Of a DNA stretch of 64,000 nucleotides, positions 10,004-20,195 are shown piece by piece; the stretch's first letter is position 1; each line of letters starts with the position of its first letter. The position numbers were made by a program, and so were the translations under genes. The stretch is taken from the NCBI GenBank assembly GCA_963740315.1, contig CAVUDP010000002.1:3808001-3872000 (forward strand), written 5' to 3'. The notes under the pieces were generated by a model that saw only the letters and a list, made by a program, of their open reading frames with translations, searched no databases and was not told the DNA's origin. Source of the DNA: an uncultured cyanobacterium (GTDB lineage Bacteria; Cyanobacteriota; Cyanobacteriia; Cyanobacteriales; Nostocaceae).

Positions 10004-11647
10004 TTAAAAATCAAAGGTTGTACGCATTATTCCCACGTACTGTGTATCATTATTGCTATTATTTTCTGGGTTAAAAATTACCCATAAACCTGGAGTTATT
10101 GAGATATTATCGTTGACCCGCCAGCGATAAAATGCTTCGATATGGTAAGCGTTATCGTTCTCTTCACGTACATCGCTCTTAGAAACGTGTGGTGGTATAC
10201 CAACGAGAATTCCTGGTAAGTTTCCTTTACCTCCGACATCAGGAAAGGAGACACCGATAGCCCCATACCAAGTATTAGCATTATCACCCTTGTTGACAAA
10301 AAGGGAATCCGTTCCACCTCTACCATTGGAAATATTACTAAAATTAGAGTTCTCAGCATTTGTCCAAATATATCCACCCCAAGCGTGAATTTGGAAATTC
10401 TGCGAAAAGCGGTAGTATCCTTGCGTGCCTAATATGTTGTTAGAAGTAGCAATATTATCTCCGAAGGGAGAACTTGCCAAACTGCTTCCAGTTCCACCTG
10501 TGAGACTAACTCTGCCACCAGGGGCATAGCCGTGAGAATAGGCAATACCAACAGCCCCTTGCTTGCCAGAATAGACTAAATGTGCTAAAGCATTGTAACC
10601 ACCATCAAATAAACCGTTTTTTAGACCAGGTGAATTCGGATTCTCTGCTAAATAACCTAGAGTCAACGTTAAATCGCGAGCAAGTTCCCAGTTAGCAGCC
10701 GCACCACCACCACCCCGACGAAAAAGAGGATTGTACGAACCAAATAGTGAAGGAATTCCATTACCGTCATCGGGGATAGTCGCAGGGGTAACAGTGCTGG
10801 TAATGTCGGTGTAGCCAATACCTGTGGGACCAACTACAAAGGAAAGGCGATCGCTTACCGGGAAATAGTAACGGATGTGGGGAATTGTTTGCTGATTGTC
10901 GATGTTAGTGTCGAAATTTAGGCGCGTCATTCCCGTCCCCGTAGCTGTAGCTATTTTACTCGTACCATCAGACTCTAAAAAGTTGCCGAATTCCAGACGG
11001 ACTCGTAGTAAATCTTTGCCTGTGAAACTACTCTCGAAGTTGATCCGACCGCGATTTCCAAAGATAGCCTGGGTTTGGTCGCTATCTTCACCGACTCCAT
11101 TACCAAAGGTATCGACAACTGCGGTAATAATTTGAGCATTCAGCCTGGTAGTAGTGGAAAACTGCTGTGCTTCTAGGGTTGCTGCACGTGCCTCTAGGTT
11201 ATCCACTCGTCCGCGTAGAGTTGCTAGTTCTGCTGCAAAGTCTGTTTGCAATTTTTGCAGCACAATCAAATCTTCCCGATTGACTATATTGCTGGTACTT
11301 GTGGCAATTAACTCATTAATCCTGTTCAAACAAGCATTTAAGCCTGCGGCAAATTCGTAACGACTCAAAGCGCGATCGCCACGATAAGTGGAGTTTGGAT
11401 AACCTGCAATGCAGCCATAGCGTTCAACTAAGGATTGCAGTGCCCCAAATGCCCAATCGGTTGGCTGTACATCAGAAAATTGTGAAACTGAAGTAACTTG
11501 TCCTTGTAAAGTGCGATTGTTTAAAGGTACTGCCAGAGATATTAAAGGAAAAAATAGAACCAGAAAAAAACTGGATAAAAAACTTTTTAATATTAAACTG
11601 TTTAAATGATGACACTGGTGTAACTGGTGTTCTCTAAAGATAGTCAT
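10004..11647 (-). CDS. SLH-domain outer membrane porin (OprB / iron-uptake porin family)
   Basis: QVTSVSQFSDVQPTDWAF..LVERYGCIAGYP..RYEFAAGL; C-terminal RTTFDF. Confidence 0.9.
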   Translation of the reverse strand: MTIFREHQLHQCHHLNSLILKSFLSSFFLVLFFPLISLAVPLNNRTLQGQVTSVSQFSDVQPTDWAFGALQSLVERYGCIAGYPNSTYRGDRALSRYEFAAGLNACLNRINELIATSTSNIVNREDLIVLQKLQTDFAAELATLRGRVDNLEARAATLEAQQFSTTTRLNAQIITAVVDTFGNGVGEDSDQTQAIFGNRGRINFESSFTGKDLLRVRLEFGNFLESDGTSKIATATGTGMTRLNFDTNIDNQQTIPHIRYYFPVSDRLSFVVGPTGIGYTDITSTVTPATIPDDGNGIPSLFGSYNPLFRRGGGGAAANWELARDLTLTLGYLAENPNSPGLKNGLFDGGYNALAHLVYSGKQGAVGIAYSHGYAPGGRVSLTGGTGSSLASSPFGDNIATSNNILGTQGYYRFSQNFQIHAWGGYIWTNAENSNFSNISNGRGGTDSLFVNKGDNANTWYGAIGVSFPDVGGKGNLPGILVGIPPHVSKSDVREENDNAYHIEAFYRWRVNDNISITPGLWVIFNPENNSNNDTQYVGIMRTTFDF

Positions 11648-11817
11648 AATCGAATCCTCTAGAAATAGATTGTAATGGCGGTTGTTTACTCTTAATTAAA
11701 ATTAATGAAAAGCAGAAGTAAATTATTTAAAAGTCCGCACGATAAAGCTTTTTTTTTCTGATGCTGTTTTATGAACCTAGTAATTCCAAAAATAATCCTA
11801 ATAATAACAGCAACAGG

Positions 11818-12411
11818 CTAGCTATCTTTAATAAGCGGTCGAGAGAAGGATGCTCTAGGAAAGATGCCTTCATGTTTGATGAAAACAGAATTAATTGCCA
11901 GCCCAAGCACTGTTATAACAATGATTGCTAGAACGGTAAGTAAAGGAGCAATGGATACTAACAAACAGCCGAAAATAAAAATAGCTTCAATTAAAAAAAA
12001 CCAATTTAAAATATGCAATTCTGCTACCACCACAGTAAAAACAGTTAACAGAAAACAGATAAAATAATTGAGAATATTTAATTGAAAAAATCTATATTTT
12101 GATTCTTTGTTGGTAGAATCTTTCGTGTAGTCTTTCATAATTGTTTGACGAAAGATTACGATGTACCAAGCAAAACAGCGCTTGAGAAACTGGATCGGGG
12201 TCTTGGGCGAATTTCTCCTTTGCACAGATGTACCAAATTTGCGAATTTTCTCTGGTCCAATGATATCGGCAACGATAGTAGTTGCTCCTAAAAACTGCAT
12301 TACTTTGCCGATTCGCTCCCACCAAAAGATACTTATGCCCCAAAGTACTGCATCGGCAGATAAGTTATCGGACAACCAAAGTTTCCATGCTTCGCTAAAA
12401 GTAATTTCCAT
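11818..12411 (-). CDS. Hypothetical membrane protein
   Basis: 197 aa ORF with hydrophobic C-terminal half. Confidence 0.55.
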   Translation of the reverse strand: MEITFSEAWKLWLSDNLSADAVLWGISIFWWERIGKVMQFLGATTIVADIIGPEKIRKFGTSVQRRNSPKTPIQFLKRCFAWYIVIFRQTIMKDYTKDSTNKESKYRFFQLNILNYFICFLLTVFTVVVAELHILNWFFLIEAIFIFGCLLVSIAPLLTVLAIIVITVLGLAINSVFIKHEGIFPRASFSRPLIKDS

Positions 12412-12542
12412 TTGAACCGTACCCAGATCGAATAACGGTCTTTAAAAGTGGACGCAGTTTACATCATATCTAGTACATCTGTGCAATTGCTCATAAAGTT
12501 GTTAGAGCTTTAGTCTCGACCAAATTATTTCATCTATCTGTC

Positions 12543-14105
12543 CTATAATATTGGCGATTTCTGGAACTTTTGTAAGAATTGTAATAAAGCTACGTTTGTT
12601 CCTGATTGGTCGATTTCGCCTCGGTATTTGGTTACGACTTCAACAAAGCGTGGGGTTCGAGCGAGGTCGCCAAACAGTTCCTTTAGTTCGAGCAAGGGTT
12701 GGGGGTCTGAGCCAGCCATACGAGCGCGTTCGGTGAGAATATCTGCCTTGGAATCTTCAATAGTTAGAGACTGACCTTGTTCGTCAACACCTTGGAGGTA
12801 GCGAAACCATAAAGCGATGGTAAAGCTTAGGTAATCTATCGAACCATCTTGTTCGAGCTGGTCTTTGAGGCTGCCAAAGATAAACTTAGGTAGTTTGTCA
12901 GAGCTATTAAGGCAGAGGCGGGATAGGCGATCGCGAACTTTGGGATTAGAAAATCGTTCGACTAGAGTTTTTTTGTATTCCCCGATATCGACACCTGGTA
13001 GGGGTGCAAGAGTAGGCGTTACTTCATCCATTAAGCCTGCAATAGCTCGTCGGATTGGTTCATAGTTCATTGCCTCAGAGGTGTAGGTATAGCCCAGTAG
13101 GGAACCTAAGTAGCCTAATAAAGAATGACCAGCATTAAGCAGTCGCAGCTTCATCATCTCGTAGGGATGAACATCGTCAGTCATTTGCACGCCGACTGAC
13201 TCCCAATCGGGTCGTCCCGCACAGAAATTATCTTCAATAACCCATTGATTAAAGGGTTCAGCTACCACAGGCCAAGCATCTTGAATGCCAAAGCGGTCGC
13301 TTACCATTTGGATATCGGCGGCGGTAGTGGCAGGAGTAATGCGGTCTACCATACTATTGGGAAATGCCACGTGCTGGGCAATCCACTGTCCTAAATCTGG
13401 GTTTTGCAGCTTGGCAAAGGCGGTCAGCATTTTACGGAGGACGTTGCCGTTACCCTGGATATTATCGCAGGATAACATGGTGAAAGGCGGTAAGCCATTT
13501 TGTCGTCGTCGATCCAGCGCTGCCGTGAGAAAGCCATAAACCCCTATCGGGCGATCGGGATGCTGCAAGTCATACTGAATGGTAGGATGTTGGGCATCGA
13601 ATTCGCCAGTACCTTCAATTACGTAGTAACCACCTTCTGTAATAGTTAGGGTTACAATTTTACACTCCCACCCTGCGAGGACATCAATAACAGCCTGGGG
13701 GTTGTCTGGGGCAAATAGGTATCGGGTAATCGAGCCAATAATACGTGCGGTGTCTTGCTCTGGAGAACGTTCGATTAAAGTGTAGAGACAGTCTTGAGCG
13801 TGCAAAATATCTCGCTTTTCCTCGTCGTACTTTAGTAAACCAACACCGCAGATGCCCCAAGTACTACCCTGCTTATTGTCCGCCCGCTGCTCATATTCAA
13901 TGTAGTTATCTAAATAAAGAGCTTGGTGGGAGCGATGGAAACCACCTACGCCGATATGAACGATGCCATTTGTCACCGTATCGCGGTCATACTGGGGAAC
14001 ACGATGCTGCTCGGAGAGTTGCGGGAGATTGGTTTTATTCAGAGGAATAGCGGTCTTTATCGATTGAGTTGGGGAATGGTTGGATGGGGCGAAGCTGCTG
14101 TTCAT
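12543..14105 (-). CDS. Mannitol 2-dehydrogenase (long-chain polyol dehydrogenase)
   Basis: GIVHIGVGGFHRSHQA, TITEGGY, SCDN, FPNSMVDRITP, KLRLLNAGHS. Confidence 0.93.
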   Translation of the reverse strand: MNSSFAPSNHSPTQSIKTAIPLNKTNLPQLSEQHRVPQYDRDTVTNGIVHIGVGGFHRSHQALYLDNYIEYEQRADNKQGSTWGICGVGLLKYDEEKRDILHAQDCLYTLIERSPEQDTARIIGSITRYLFAPDNPQAVIDVLAGWECKIVTLTITEGGYYVIEGTGEFDAQHPTIQYDLQHPDRPIGVYGFLTAALDRRRQNGLPPFTMLSCDNIQGNGNVLRKMLTAFAKLQNPDLGQWIAQHVAFPNSMVDRITPATTAADIQMVSDRFGIQDAWPVVAEPFNQWVIEDNFCAGRPDWESVGVQMTDDVHPYEMMKLRLLNAGHSLLGYLGSLLGYTYTSEAMNYEPIRRAIAGLMDEVTPTLAPLPGVDIGEYKKTLVERFSNPKVRDRLSRLCLNSSDKLPKFIFGSLKDQLEQDGSIDYLSFTIALWFRYLQGVDEQGQSLTIEDSKADILTERARMAGSDPQPLLELKELFGDLARTPRFVEVVTKYRGEIDQSGTNVALLQFLQKFQKSPIL

Positions 14106-15219
14106 GGGATTGTCCTGTTGTAAAGTTATCTTGTTGAGCTTTAGGAATAGCTAGGTCATGCTTGTCAAATATATGACATAGATTACCGTCGATATAAATA
14201 GGTAGGCTATCGCCTACTGTTACCCTTCTGTCACCTTCGGTTTGGACGATAAGGGTATCGCCACCTGGAGCTCTGACGTAAAGAGAAGTAGCATCACCAA
14301 GATGTTCGACTACCAGTACTTCACCCATTAGTGTGGGATGGTTGGCATCGATGCGTAGATGTTGGGGGCGGATGCCCAAGGTAGCGCGATCGCCTACCAT
14401 TAGATTATTTGGCTGTACTGGCACGGTTACGGTATCATCACCAGGTAGTCTAAGGGTAGTGCCATAATCCCGAACGCTAGTAGTCATCACCGAAAGAAAA
14501 TTCATCTTTGGAGAACCGATAAATCCCGCGACAAAACGATTGCAGGGATAATGGTATAATTCCATCGGCGTGCCGATTTGTTCGACAATGCCACCTTGTA
14601 GAACTACAATTTTGCTAGCTAAAGTCATTGCTTCAATTTGATCGTGGGTGACATAGATCATAGTGGACTGCAAGCTGTTATGCAGACTGGCAAGCTCTAA
14701 TCGCATCTGTCCCCGCAAAGCTGCATCCAAGTTAGATAACGGCTCATCAAACAAAAACACTTTGGGGTTTCGTACTAATGCGCGACCGATGGCTACTCGT
14801 TGTCGCTGTCCGCCAGATAACGCACCTGGCTTACGATTCAATAATGGTTCTAGCTGCAAAATCCGACCGACTTCTTTTGCCCTTTCGTACCGTTTGGCTT
14901 TGGGCACACCCGCCAGTCGCAAACTAAAGGACATATTTTCGGCTACTGTCATATGCGGATAGAGGGCATAGGTTTGAAACACCATTGCCAGCCCCCGCCG
15001 ATCTGGCGGAACATGGTTCATAGGCTCGCCATCAATCAGAAGATCCCCAGAGGTAATTTCCTCTAGTCCAGCAATCATTCTCAGAAGGGTAGATTTACCG
15101 CAGCCTGATGGTCCGACGAAGACCACAAATTCGCGGTCTTCAATATCAAGGTTGATGCCTTTAATAATTTCGGTGTCGGTATAGCTTTTGCGAATGTCTC
15201 TTAAAGTTACAGTTGACAT
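14035..15219 (-). CDS. smoK: Sugar/polyol ABC transporter ATP-binding protein (MalK/SmoK-like)
   Basis: GPSGCGKST, LSGGQRQRVAIGRA, DEPLSNLD, C-terminal TOBE region. Confidence 0.9.
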   Translation of the reverse strand: MSTVTLRDIRKSYTDTEIIKGINLDIEDREFVVFVGPSGCGKSTLLRMIAGLEEITSGDLLIDGEPMNHVPPDRRGLAMVFQTYALYPHMTVAENMSFSLRLAGVPKAKRYERAKEVGRILQLEPLLNRKPGALSGGQRQRVAIGRALVRNPKVFLFDEPLSNLDAALRGQMRLELASLHNSLQSTMIYVTHDQIEAMTLASKIVVLQGGIVEQIGTPMELYHYPCNRFVAGFIGSPKMNFLSVMTTSVRDYGTTLRLPGDDTVTVPVQPNNLMVGDRATLGIRPQHLRIDANHPTLMGEVLVVEHLGDATSLYVRAPGGDTLIVQTEGDRRVTVGDSLPIYIDGNLCHIFDKHDLAIPKAQQDNFTTGQSHEQQLRPIQPFPNSIDKDRYSSE

Positions 15220-15261
15220 AATTAATTAGTTTTAAATAGATGTTAAATGAAAGGGATGAGC

Positions 15262-16086
15262 CTATTTGACGGCTCCAAATGTAAGACCTCGAACCAGTTG
15301 TTTTTGACTGAGCCAACCAAAGATCAAGATCGGTGCGATTGCCATAGTTGAAGCTGCCGATAGTTTTGCCCAAAAAAGTCCTTGGGGACTAGAGAAAGAA
15401 GCAATAAATGCGGTTAAGGGAGCTGCATCAAAGGTGGTCAGGTTGAGACTCCAGAAGGCTTCGTTCCACGAAAGGATGATCGAAAGCAGTGCGGTAGAGG
15501 CAATCCCAGGCAGAGCCAGAGGCAGCAATACATATGCTACTTCTTGATAGGTTGTCGCACCATCCATGCGATCGGCTTCGAGAATTTCTTTTGGTACTTC
15601 TTTGAAAAAGCTATAGATCATCCAGACCACAATCGGCAGGTTAATTAAGGTATAAATGATAATCAAACCGATACGGGTATCTAACAATCCTGATTCGCGA
15701 CCTAAAATGTAAATCGGTACTAATACACCCACGGAGGGTAGCATTTTGGTTGAAAGCATCCACAGTAGAGTGCTTTTGGTGCGTTTAGTCGGAAAAAATG
15801 ACATGGCGTAAGCTGCGGGAATCGCTAGCAATAGGGCTAAGATAGTCGCGCCGACGGAGATAATGATACTGTTCCAGGCGTAGTTAAGATAAGCAGCCCT
15901 TTCTTGAACGGCAAAATAGTTATCTAAAGTTGGGGTAAAGAAAAGCTGAGGTGGTGTCGCTACTGCGACTACTTCTGTTTTAAAGCTGGTAATAAACATC
16001 CAGAAGATCGGGAAGAACAAAATACAGGCGACTAGCCAACCTAGTAGGGCGATTAGCCATTGATTCGATTTATTATTAGTTTTCAT
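15262..16086 (-). CDS. smoG: Polyol ABC transporter permease (SmoG/MtlG-like)
   Basis: EADRMDGA EAA loop; SSPQGLFWAKLSAAST; LVRGLTFGAVK. Confidence 0.88.
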   Translation of the reverse strand: MKTNNKSNQWLIALLGWLVACILFFPIFWMFITSFKTEVVAVATPPQLFFTPTLDNYFAVQERAAYLNYAWNSIIISVGATILALLLAIPAAYAMSFFPTKRTKSTLLWMLSTKMLPSVGVLVPIYILGRESGLLDTRIGLIIIYTLINLPIVVWMIYSFFKEVPKEILEADRMDGATTYQEVAYVLLPLALPGIASTALLSIILSWNEAFWSLNLTTFDAAPLTAFIASFSSPQGLFWAKLSAASTMAIAPILIFGWLSQKQLVRGLTFGAVK

Positions 16087-16089
16087 GAG

Positions 16090-17010
16090 TTAAGTATCCA
16101 AATTACTACCAACGCTACGGACTAAGAAAATCGCGACCAGGTTAGCTAGCACTACGGCAATCAGCCCGCCAGCAGAAGCTCCACCCACATCAAACTCTAG
16201 TAATGCTTTAAGATAGATGTAGTAGGCTAGGTTGGTAGTGGCAAGTCCAGGACCACCGCCTGTGGTAACAAAAATTTCCCCAAAGATAGCTAGAAAAAAG
16301 ATTGTCTCGATCATTGCCACAACGGCGATCGCCCGACTTAAGTGAGGCAAAACTACGAACCGAAACAATGCCAACGGTTTTGCTCCATCCATGCGAGCAG
16401 CTTCTATTTGATCGCTATCAAGGGACTGAATCGCCGTTAACAAAATTAGTAAGGCAAACGGCAGCCATTCCCAGGAAACAATAATGATGATTGACAACAG
16501 GGGAAAATCAGTAAACCAGTCGATTGCTCCTAAACCCAGCCCACGAGTGATTTGAGCAAATAGCCCATTAACCGGGTGCATCAGCATATTTTTCCAAATC
16601 AAGGCACTCACCGTTGGCATGACAAAGAACGGCGAAATTGCTAGTACGCGGGCAATACCCTGACCTGGAAAATCTTGGTTAAACAGTACCGCTAGTAAAG
16701 TGCCTAAACCAATTGTAATTAGCAGCACGGAAGCGACTAGGATAAGGGTAGTACCAATAGAGATCCATAATCCTGGATCGGTCAGAATAAAGGTAAAGTT
16801 TTCCAACCCGATAAACTCGCGGTTTTCGGGAATTAACAGATTATATCGCTGGAAAGCAAACCAGACTGCCATTGCCAACGGCACTACCATCCACAGAATC
16901 AGCACGATTACTGATGGAGCGACTAACGCTAGGGTGGGTAGCTTTCTTGAAGATTGCTGTTTCGGCTTCGACGGTGGTTCTTGTGGTCTTGTTACTACTG
17001 AAGAAGTCAT
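16090..17010 (-). CDS. smoF: Polyol ABC transporter permease (SmoF/MtlF-like)
   Basis: PFFVMPTVSALIWKNMLMHPVNGLF; EAARMDGA. Confidence 0.88.
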   Translation of the reverse strand: MTSSVVTRPQEPPSKPKQQSSRKLPTLALVAPSVIVLILWMVVPLAMAVWFAFQRYNLLIPENREFIGLENFTFILTDPGLWISIGTTLILVASVLLITIGLGTLLAVLFNQDFPGQGIARVLAISPFFVMPTVSALIWKNMLMHPVNGLFAQITRGLGLGAIDWFTDFPLLSIIIIVSWEWLPFALLILLTAIQSLDSDQIEAARMDGAKPLALFRFVVLPHLSRAIAVVAMIETIFFLAIFGEIFVTTGGGPGLATTNLAYYIYLKALLEFDVGGASAGGLIAVVLANLVAIFLVRSVGSNLDT

Positions 17011-18371
17011 TGCTCTATCTCTCTCTTAGCTTGCTCATTGTCGTCGATGTAGCCCGTATGACGCATAAACCGTTCGGCTATATTTTGCGATCTTTCAATC
17101 GCTTGTTCAACCGAAACCTTATCAGCTAAAGCTTCTGCCATCTGCTGTCCTACCTGAGTTCCAATCGCCTGAAATTCAGGAATATCTACATATTGAATTC
17201 CCTTATAAGGTGTGGGTAAAGAGGACGGCTGCTCGATATCCGCAGACTCAATCGAAGTCAGTACAGTTTTGGCAAAGGGAGCAACTTTTTGGTAGTTAAG
17301 ATTTTTGTAAGTTGAGGTGCGAGTACCTGGTGGCACTGAAACCCAACCCGATTTATCCGCCACTAATTGAATATATTCTTTGGAGGTTGCCCAGGTGATG
17401 AATCGCTGCGCCGCTTCTGGAGAACGCGACGTTTTAGGAATTGCTAAAGCCCAAGCCCATAACCAGTTTGAACCATTAGGATAAGACTCGACTGGTGCAG
17501 GGGCAAAACCAACTCGATCCGCAACTTGCGACACTTCAGGATTAGATAGCAATCCTGCTGCAACCGTAGCATCGATCCACATCCCGCATTTACCCGTCGA
17601 AAATAGTGCCAAATTCTCGTTAAAGCCATTAGAACTAGCTCCAGGTGGTCCGTATTTGTTCAACACATCTACATAAAAACCAACGGCACTTTTCCATTCT
17701 GGCGTGTCGAGTTGAGGCTGCCATTCCATATCAAACCAGCGTCCGCCATTAGTATTTACGAGCGTGGTTAAAAACGCCATATTTTCACCCCAACCTGGCT
17801 TACCTCGCAGACATATACCGTAAATGCCATTAGCAGGATCGTTTACCTGACTAGCCCATTTTTTCACCTGCTCGTAGGTGGGATTCTCGGACATTGTAAT
17901 ACCTGCTTTCTCAAACAGATCGCGACGGTAGTACAGCATCGAACTCTCGCCATAAAACGGTAGCGCATAAAGCGTACCCTCATGGGAAAGACCAGTACGA
18001 ATCGGATCGATCAGATCCTCAACGTCATATTTAGCAGGTAGTTTATCGAGAGGCTTTAACCAACCTCGTTTTGCCCAAATAGGTGTCTCATAAGAACCAA
18101 TTGTTAAAACATCAAATTGACCGCCCTGACTGGCAACGTCGGTGGTAGTACGTTGACGTAAAATATTTTCTTCTAGGACTACCCAGCGCAGCTTGATATC
18201 GGGATTGTCAGCTTCAAACTTGCGAGATAAATCCTGCATGACTACCATGTCACCGTTATTGACGGTGGCAATGGTCAATCGCGTTTTGCCCTTTGCCTCC
18301 GATTCGCTTCCACAGGCTTGCAATAACGGTATCAGGACGACGCTAAAAAGGAACTTCGTTATTTTTTTCAT
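17007..18371 (-). CDS. smoE: Sorbitol/mannitol ABC substrate-binding lipoprotein (SmoE/MtlE-like)
   Basis: Lipobox LQAC; LTIATVNNGDM, LRQRTTTD, CLRGKPGWGENMA, WLWAWALAIP. Confidence 0.9.
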   Translation of the reverse strand: MKKITKFLFSVVLIPLLQACGSESEAKGKTRLTIATVNNGDMVVMQDLSRKFEADNPDIKLRWVVLEENILRQRTTTDVASQGGQFDVLTIGSYETPIWAKRGWLKPLDKLPAKYDVEDLIDPIRTGLSHEGTLYALPFYGESSMLYYRRDLFEKAGITMSENPTYEQVKKWASQVNDPANGIYGICLRGKPGWGENMAFLTTLVNTNGGRWFDMEWQPQLDTPEWKSAVGFYVDVLNKYGPPGASSNGFNENLALFSTGKCGMWIDATVAAGLLSNPEVSQVADRVGFAPAPVESYPNGSNWLWAWALAIPKTSRSPEAAQRFITWATSKEYIQLVADKSGWVSVPPGTRTSTYKNLNYQKVAPFAKTVLTSIESADIEQPSSLPTPYKGIQYVDIPEFQAIGTQVGQQMAEALADKVSVEQAIERSQNIAERFMRHTGYIDDNEQAKREIEQ

Positions 18372-18421
18372 ATTAATATTAATTTGCCCTTTAATAAGGC
18401 TTATTACCTCCTTGATATTTA

Positions 18422-18453
18422 AAATTAAGATAAGAATATGAGTAAGTTGTGAG
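18422..18453 (-). promoter_or_regulatory. CTCA box + -10 TAATTT, polyol operon
   Basis: Minus strand CTCACAACTTACTCA TATTCTTATCT TAATTT. Confidence 0.8.
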
Positions 18454-18509
18454 GACGCGGAACATATTTACCGTTTTACTCCTTTTATTGTGAACAGATT
18501 TCAAAGTTC

Positions 18510-18521
18510 GAGCATTTGCTC
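18510..18521. promoter_or_regulatory. Putative SorC-family operator GAGCATTTGCTC
   Basis: Palindrome conserved at 27252-27263; related TGAGCATATATTCA at 27586-27599 before the regulator. Confidence 0.55.
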
Positions 18522-18658
18522 AAACCTCAATCAAATGCCCTGTGAATAAAATCATACTTTTTTTCTCAATAATTATGATAAAAACGTTACCATTTGAAAC
18601 AATTACCAATTGAGAGGTGGACATATGGAGCGCGAACGCAACTTACTCCTTTAACGGT

Positions 18659-18760
18659 AACGGCGCAGACGGGATTACGCTGGATAATAACGACGAGTGG
18701 CTTTATTACAATCCCTTGAGCGGGAATAAAATCTACCGTATCCACATAAACGATCTTTTG
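18659..18760 (+). pseudogene. Internal fragment of a major royal jelly/yellow-family protein
   Basis: Reads NGADGITLDNNDEWLYYNPLSGNKIYRIHINDLL with no start codon. Confidence 0.55.
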
Positions 18761-18771
18761 GAAAAAATTTC

Positions 18772-18803
18772 CTCATAAGTTCCTCAAATTACTTGCTTAT
18801 CAT
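18772..18803 (+). promoter_or_regulatory. CTCA box + -10 TATCAT
   Basis: CTCATAAGTTCCTCA AATTACTTGCT TATCAT. Confidence 0.82.
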
Positions 18804-18935
18804 ATAGACAAATTTCAGTAGATTGATTTGAGGGAGACTTTAGCGATGGCGATATTGAAGTTTTCGATATTGGTAGGCATACGTCAGAATCTACCCTACT
18901 TAAGTGAAAAAAATTGAAAAGCATTTTAAACAGCT

Positions 18936-19607
18936 ATGTACGTACTTATTGGGGGAGCAGGATTAATTGGGCTAAGTCTAGCCCAGAAACTAGTAGAACT
19001 TGGGCATACTGTTGCTGTGGTCGATCTCGATCCTAAAGCTTGTCATTATGCCCACGAACAAGTGGGAGTAATGACTTTTGAAGGTAGTGCTGTGAAAACA
19101 GAAGTGTTGTTAGAAGCGGGAATTCGTAAAGCCGATGCGGTGGCTGCCGTCTTGCGAGATGATGCTTTGAACTTGGCACTGGTTGCGCTAGCTAAAAATT
19201 ACGGTGTTCCTCAAATTATCTCTCGAATGCGCCATCGCGATTTTGCCGAACCCTTATCTTTTACAGGAGCTACTTATATTATTAGTACTGTCGATCTTGC
19301 AGTTTCAAAAATGGTTAATGCCATCGAGTATCCGCAGGTAGAATCGATGATACACTTCGAGCAAGGACAGATAGAAGTAATAAAACTTACCATTCCTAAA
19401 AATTCCTATGTGGCAGGTCGTAGTGTTGCAGAAATTGCCCTATCGCCAAGATTTCCTGCGGGTTCTTTAATTGTCGGCTATCAAACTCATCCTCACGATG
19501 ATTTGATAATTCCGAATGGCAATACGATTTTGTCATCTGGTTCAACAGTACTGATTGTCACCAAAATCGGGCTGGTACGTCAAGTCATTAATTTTATTAA
19601 AGGCTGA
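18936..19607 (+). CDS. TrkA-family RCK (NAD-binding) potassium transport regulator
   Basis: IGGAGLIG Rossmann motif; TrkA-C IIPNGNT. Confidence 0.85.
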   Translation: MYVLIGGAGLIGLSLAQKLVELGHTVAVVDLDPKACHYAHEQVGVMTFEGSAVKTEVLLEAGIRKADAVAAVLRDDALNLALVALAKNYGVPQIISRMRHRDFAEPLSFTGATYIISTVDLAVSKMVNAIEYPQVESMIHFEQGQIEVIKLTIPKNSYVAGRSVAEIALSPRFPAGSLIVGYQTHPHDDLIIPNGNTILSSGSTVLIVTKIGLVRQVINFIKG

Positions 19608-19618
19608 AAATAATTAAC

Positions 19619-20161
19619 ATGAAGTTATGTAGACTTTTTAGTTTTGCAGTTGCTGCTATTTTACTTGCATCTTGCGCCCCAGGAGAAAATCCATCGCAGT
19701 TACAAGTTAATGGCGATCGCCTAAATCAATCTCAAAAAACCATCGTTTTGGATGAAAATTTCCAGATAGCAATGGGACAAACTATTTATGTCCCCGTCTA
19801 TTCGCACATTTATCATCACGATGAAAAAAAAATTTTCGATTTAGCTGCGACTCTCAGTCTTCGCAACACCGATCTTAACAATCCGATCGTTATTACCTCT
19901 GTACGATATTATGACGAAAATGGTAAGTTAGTTAGGAACTATTTAGAGAGTCCCATTGAGATTGCTGCTCTAGGTTCTACAGATTTTTTTGTCAATACCA
20001 CTGATAGTAGTGGCGGTTCGGGAGCCAAATTTATTGTCGAGTGGATAGCCCAAACAAAAGTTACCGAACCGATGATTGAGGCAGTTATGATTGGTAGTGG
20101 TTTCCAACAAGGAATTTCTTTTGTTAGTCCTGGCAAAGTGATTAAAAGTCGGAGTAACTAA
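19619..20161 (+). CDS. DUF3124 lipoprotein
   Basis: Lipobox LASC; GQTIYVPVYSHIY, GGSGAKFIVEW, ISFVSPG. Confidence 0.8.
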   Translation: MKLCRLFSFAVAAILLASCAPGENPSQLQVNGDRLNQSQKTIVLDENFQIAMGQTIYVPVYSHIYHHDEKKIFDLAATLSLRNTDLNNPIVITSVRYYDENGKLVRNYLESPIEIAALGSTDFFVNTTDSSGGSGAKFIVEWIAQTKVTEPMIEAVMIGSGFQQGISFVSPGKVIKSRSN

Positions 20162-20195
20162 CAGTCAGTCGGTCTACCCAGTTCTCCCTCGATCG

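Larger units (their letters stand above)
18068..18660. repeat. ~0.6 kb direct repeat, copy 1 (smoE 5' end + promoter)
   Basis: Near-identical to 26815-27415. Confidence 0.92.

Noticed and set aside
12491..12505. Weak CTCA-like matches (also ~7730 and ~28652)
   Set aside because: Four or more mismatches or a broken half-site; not counted
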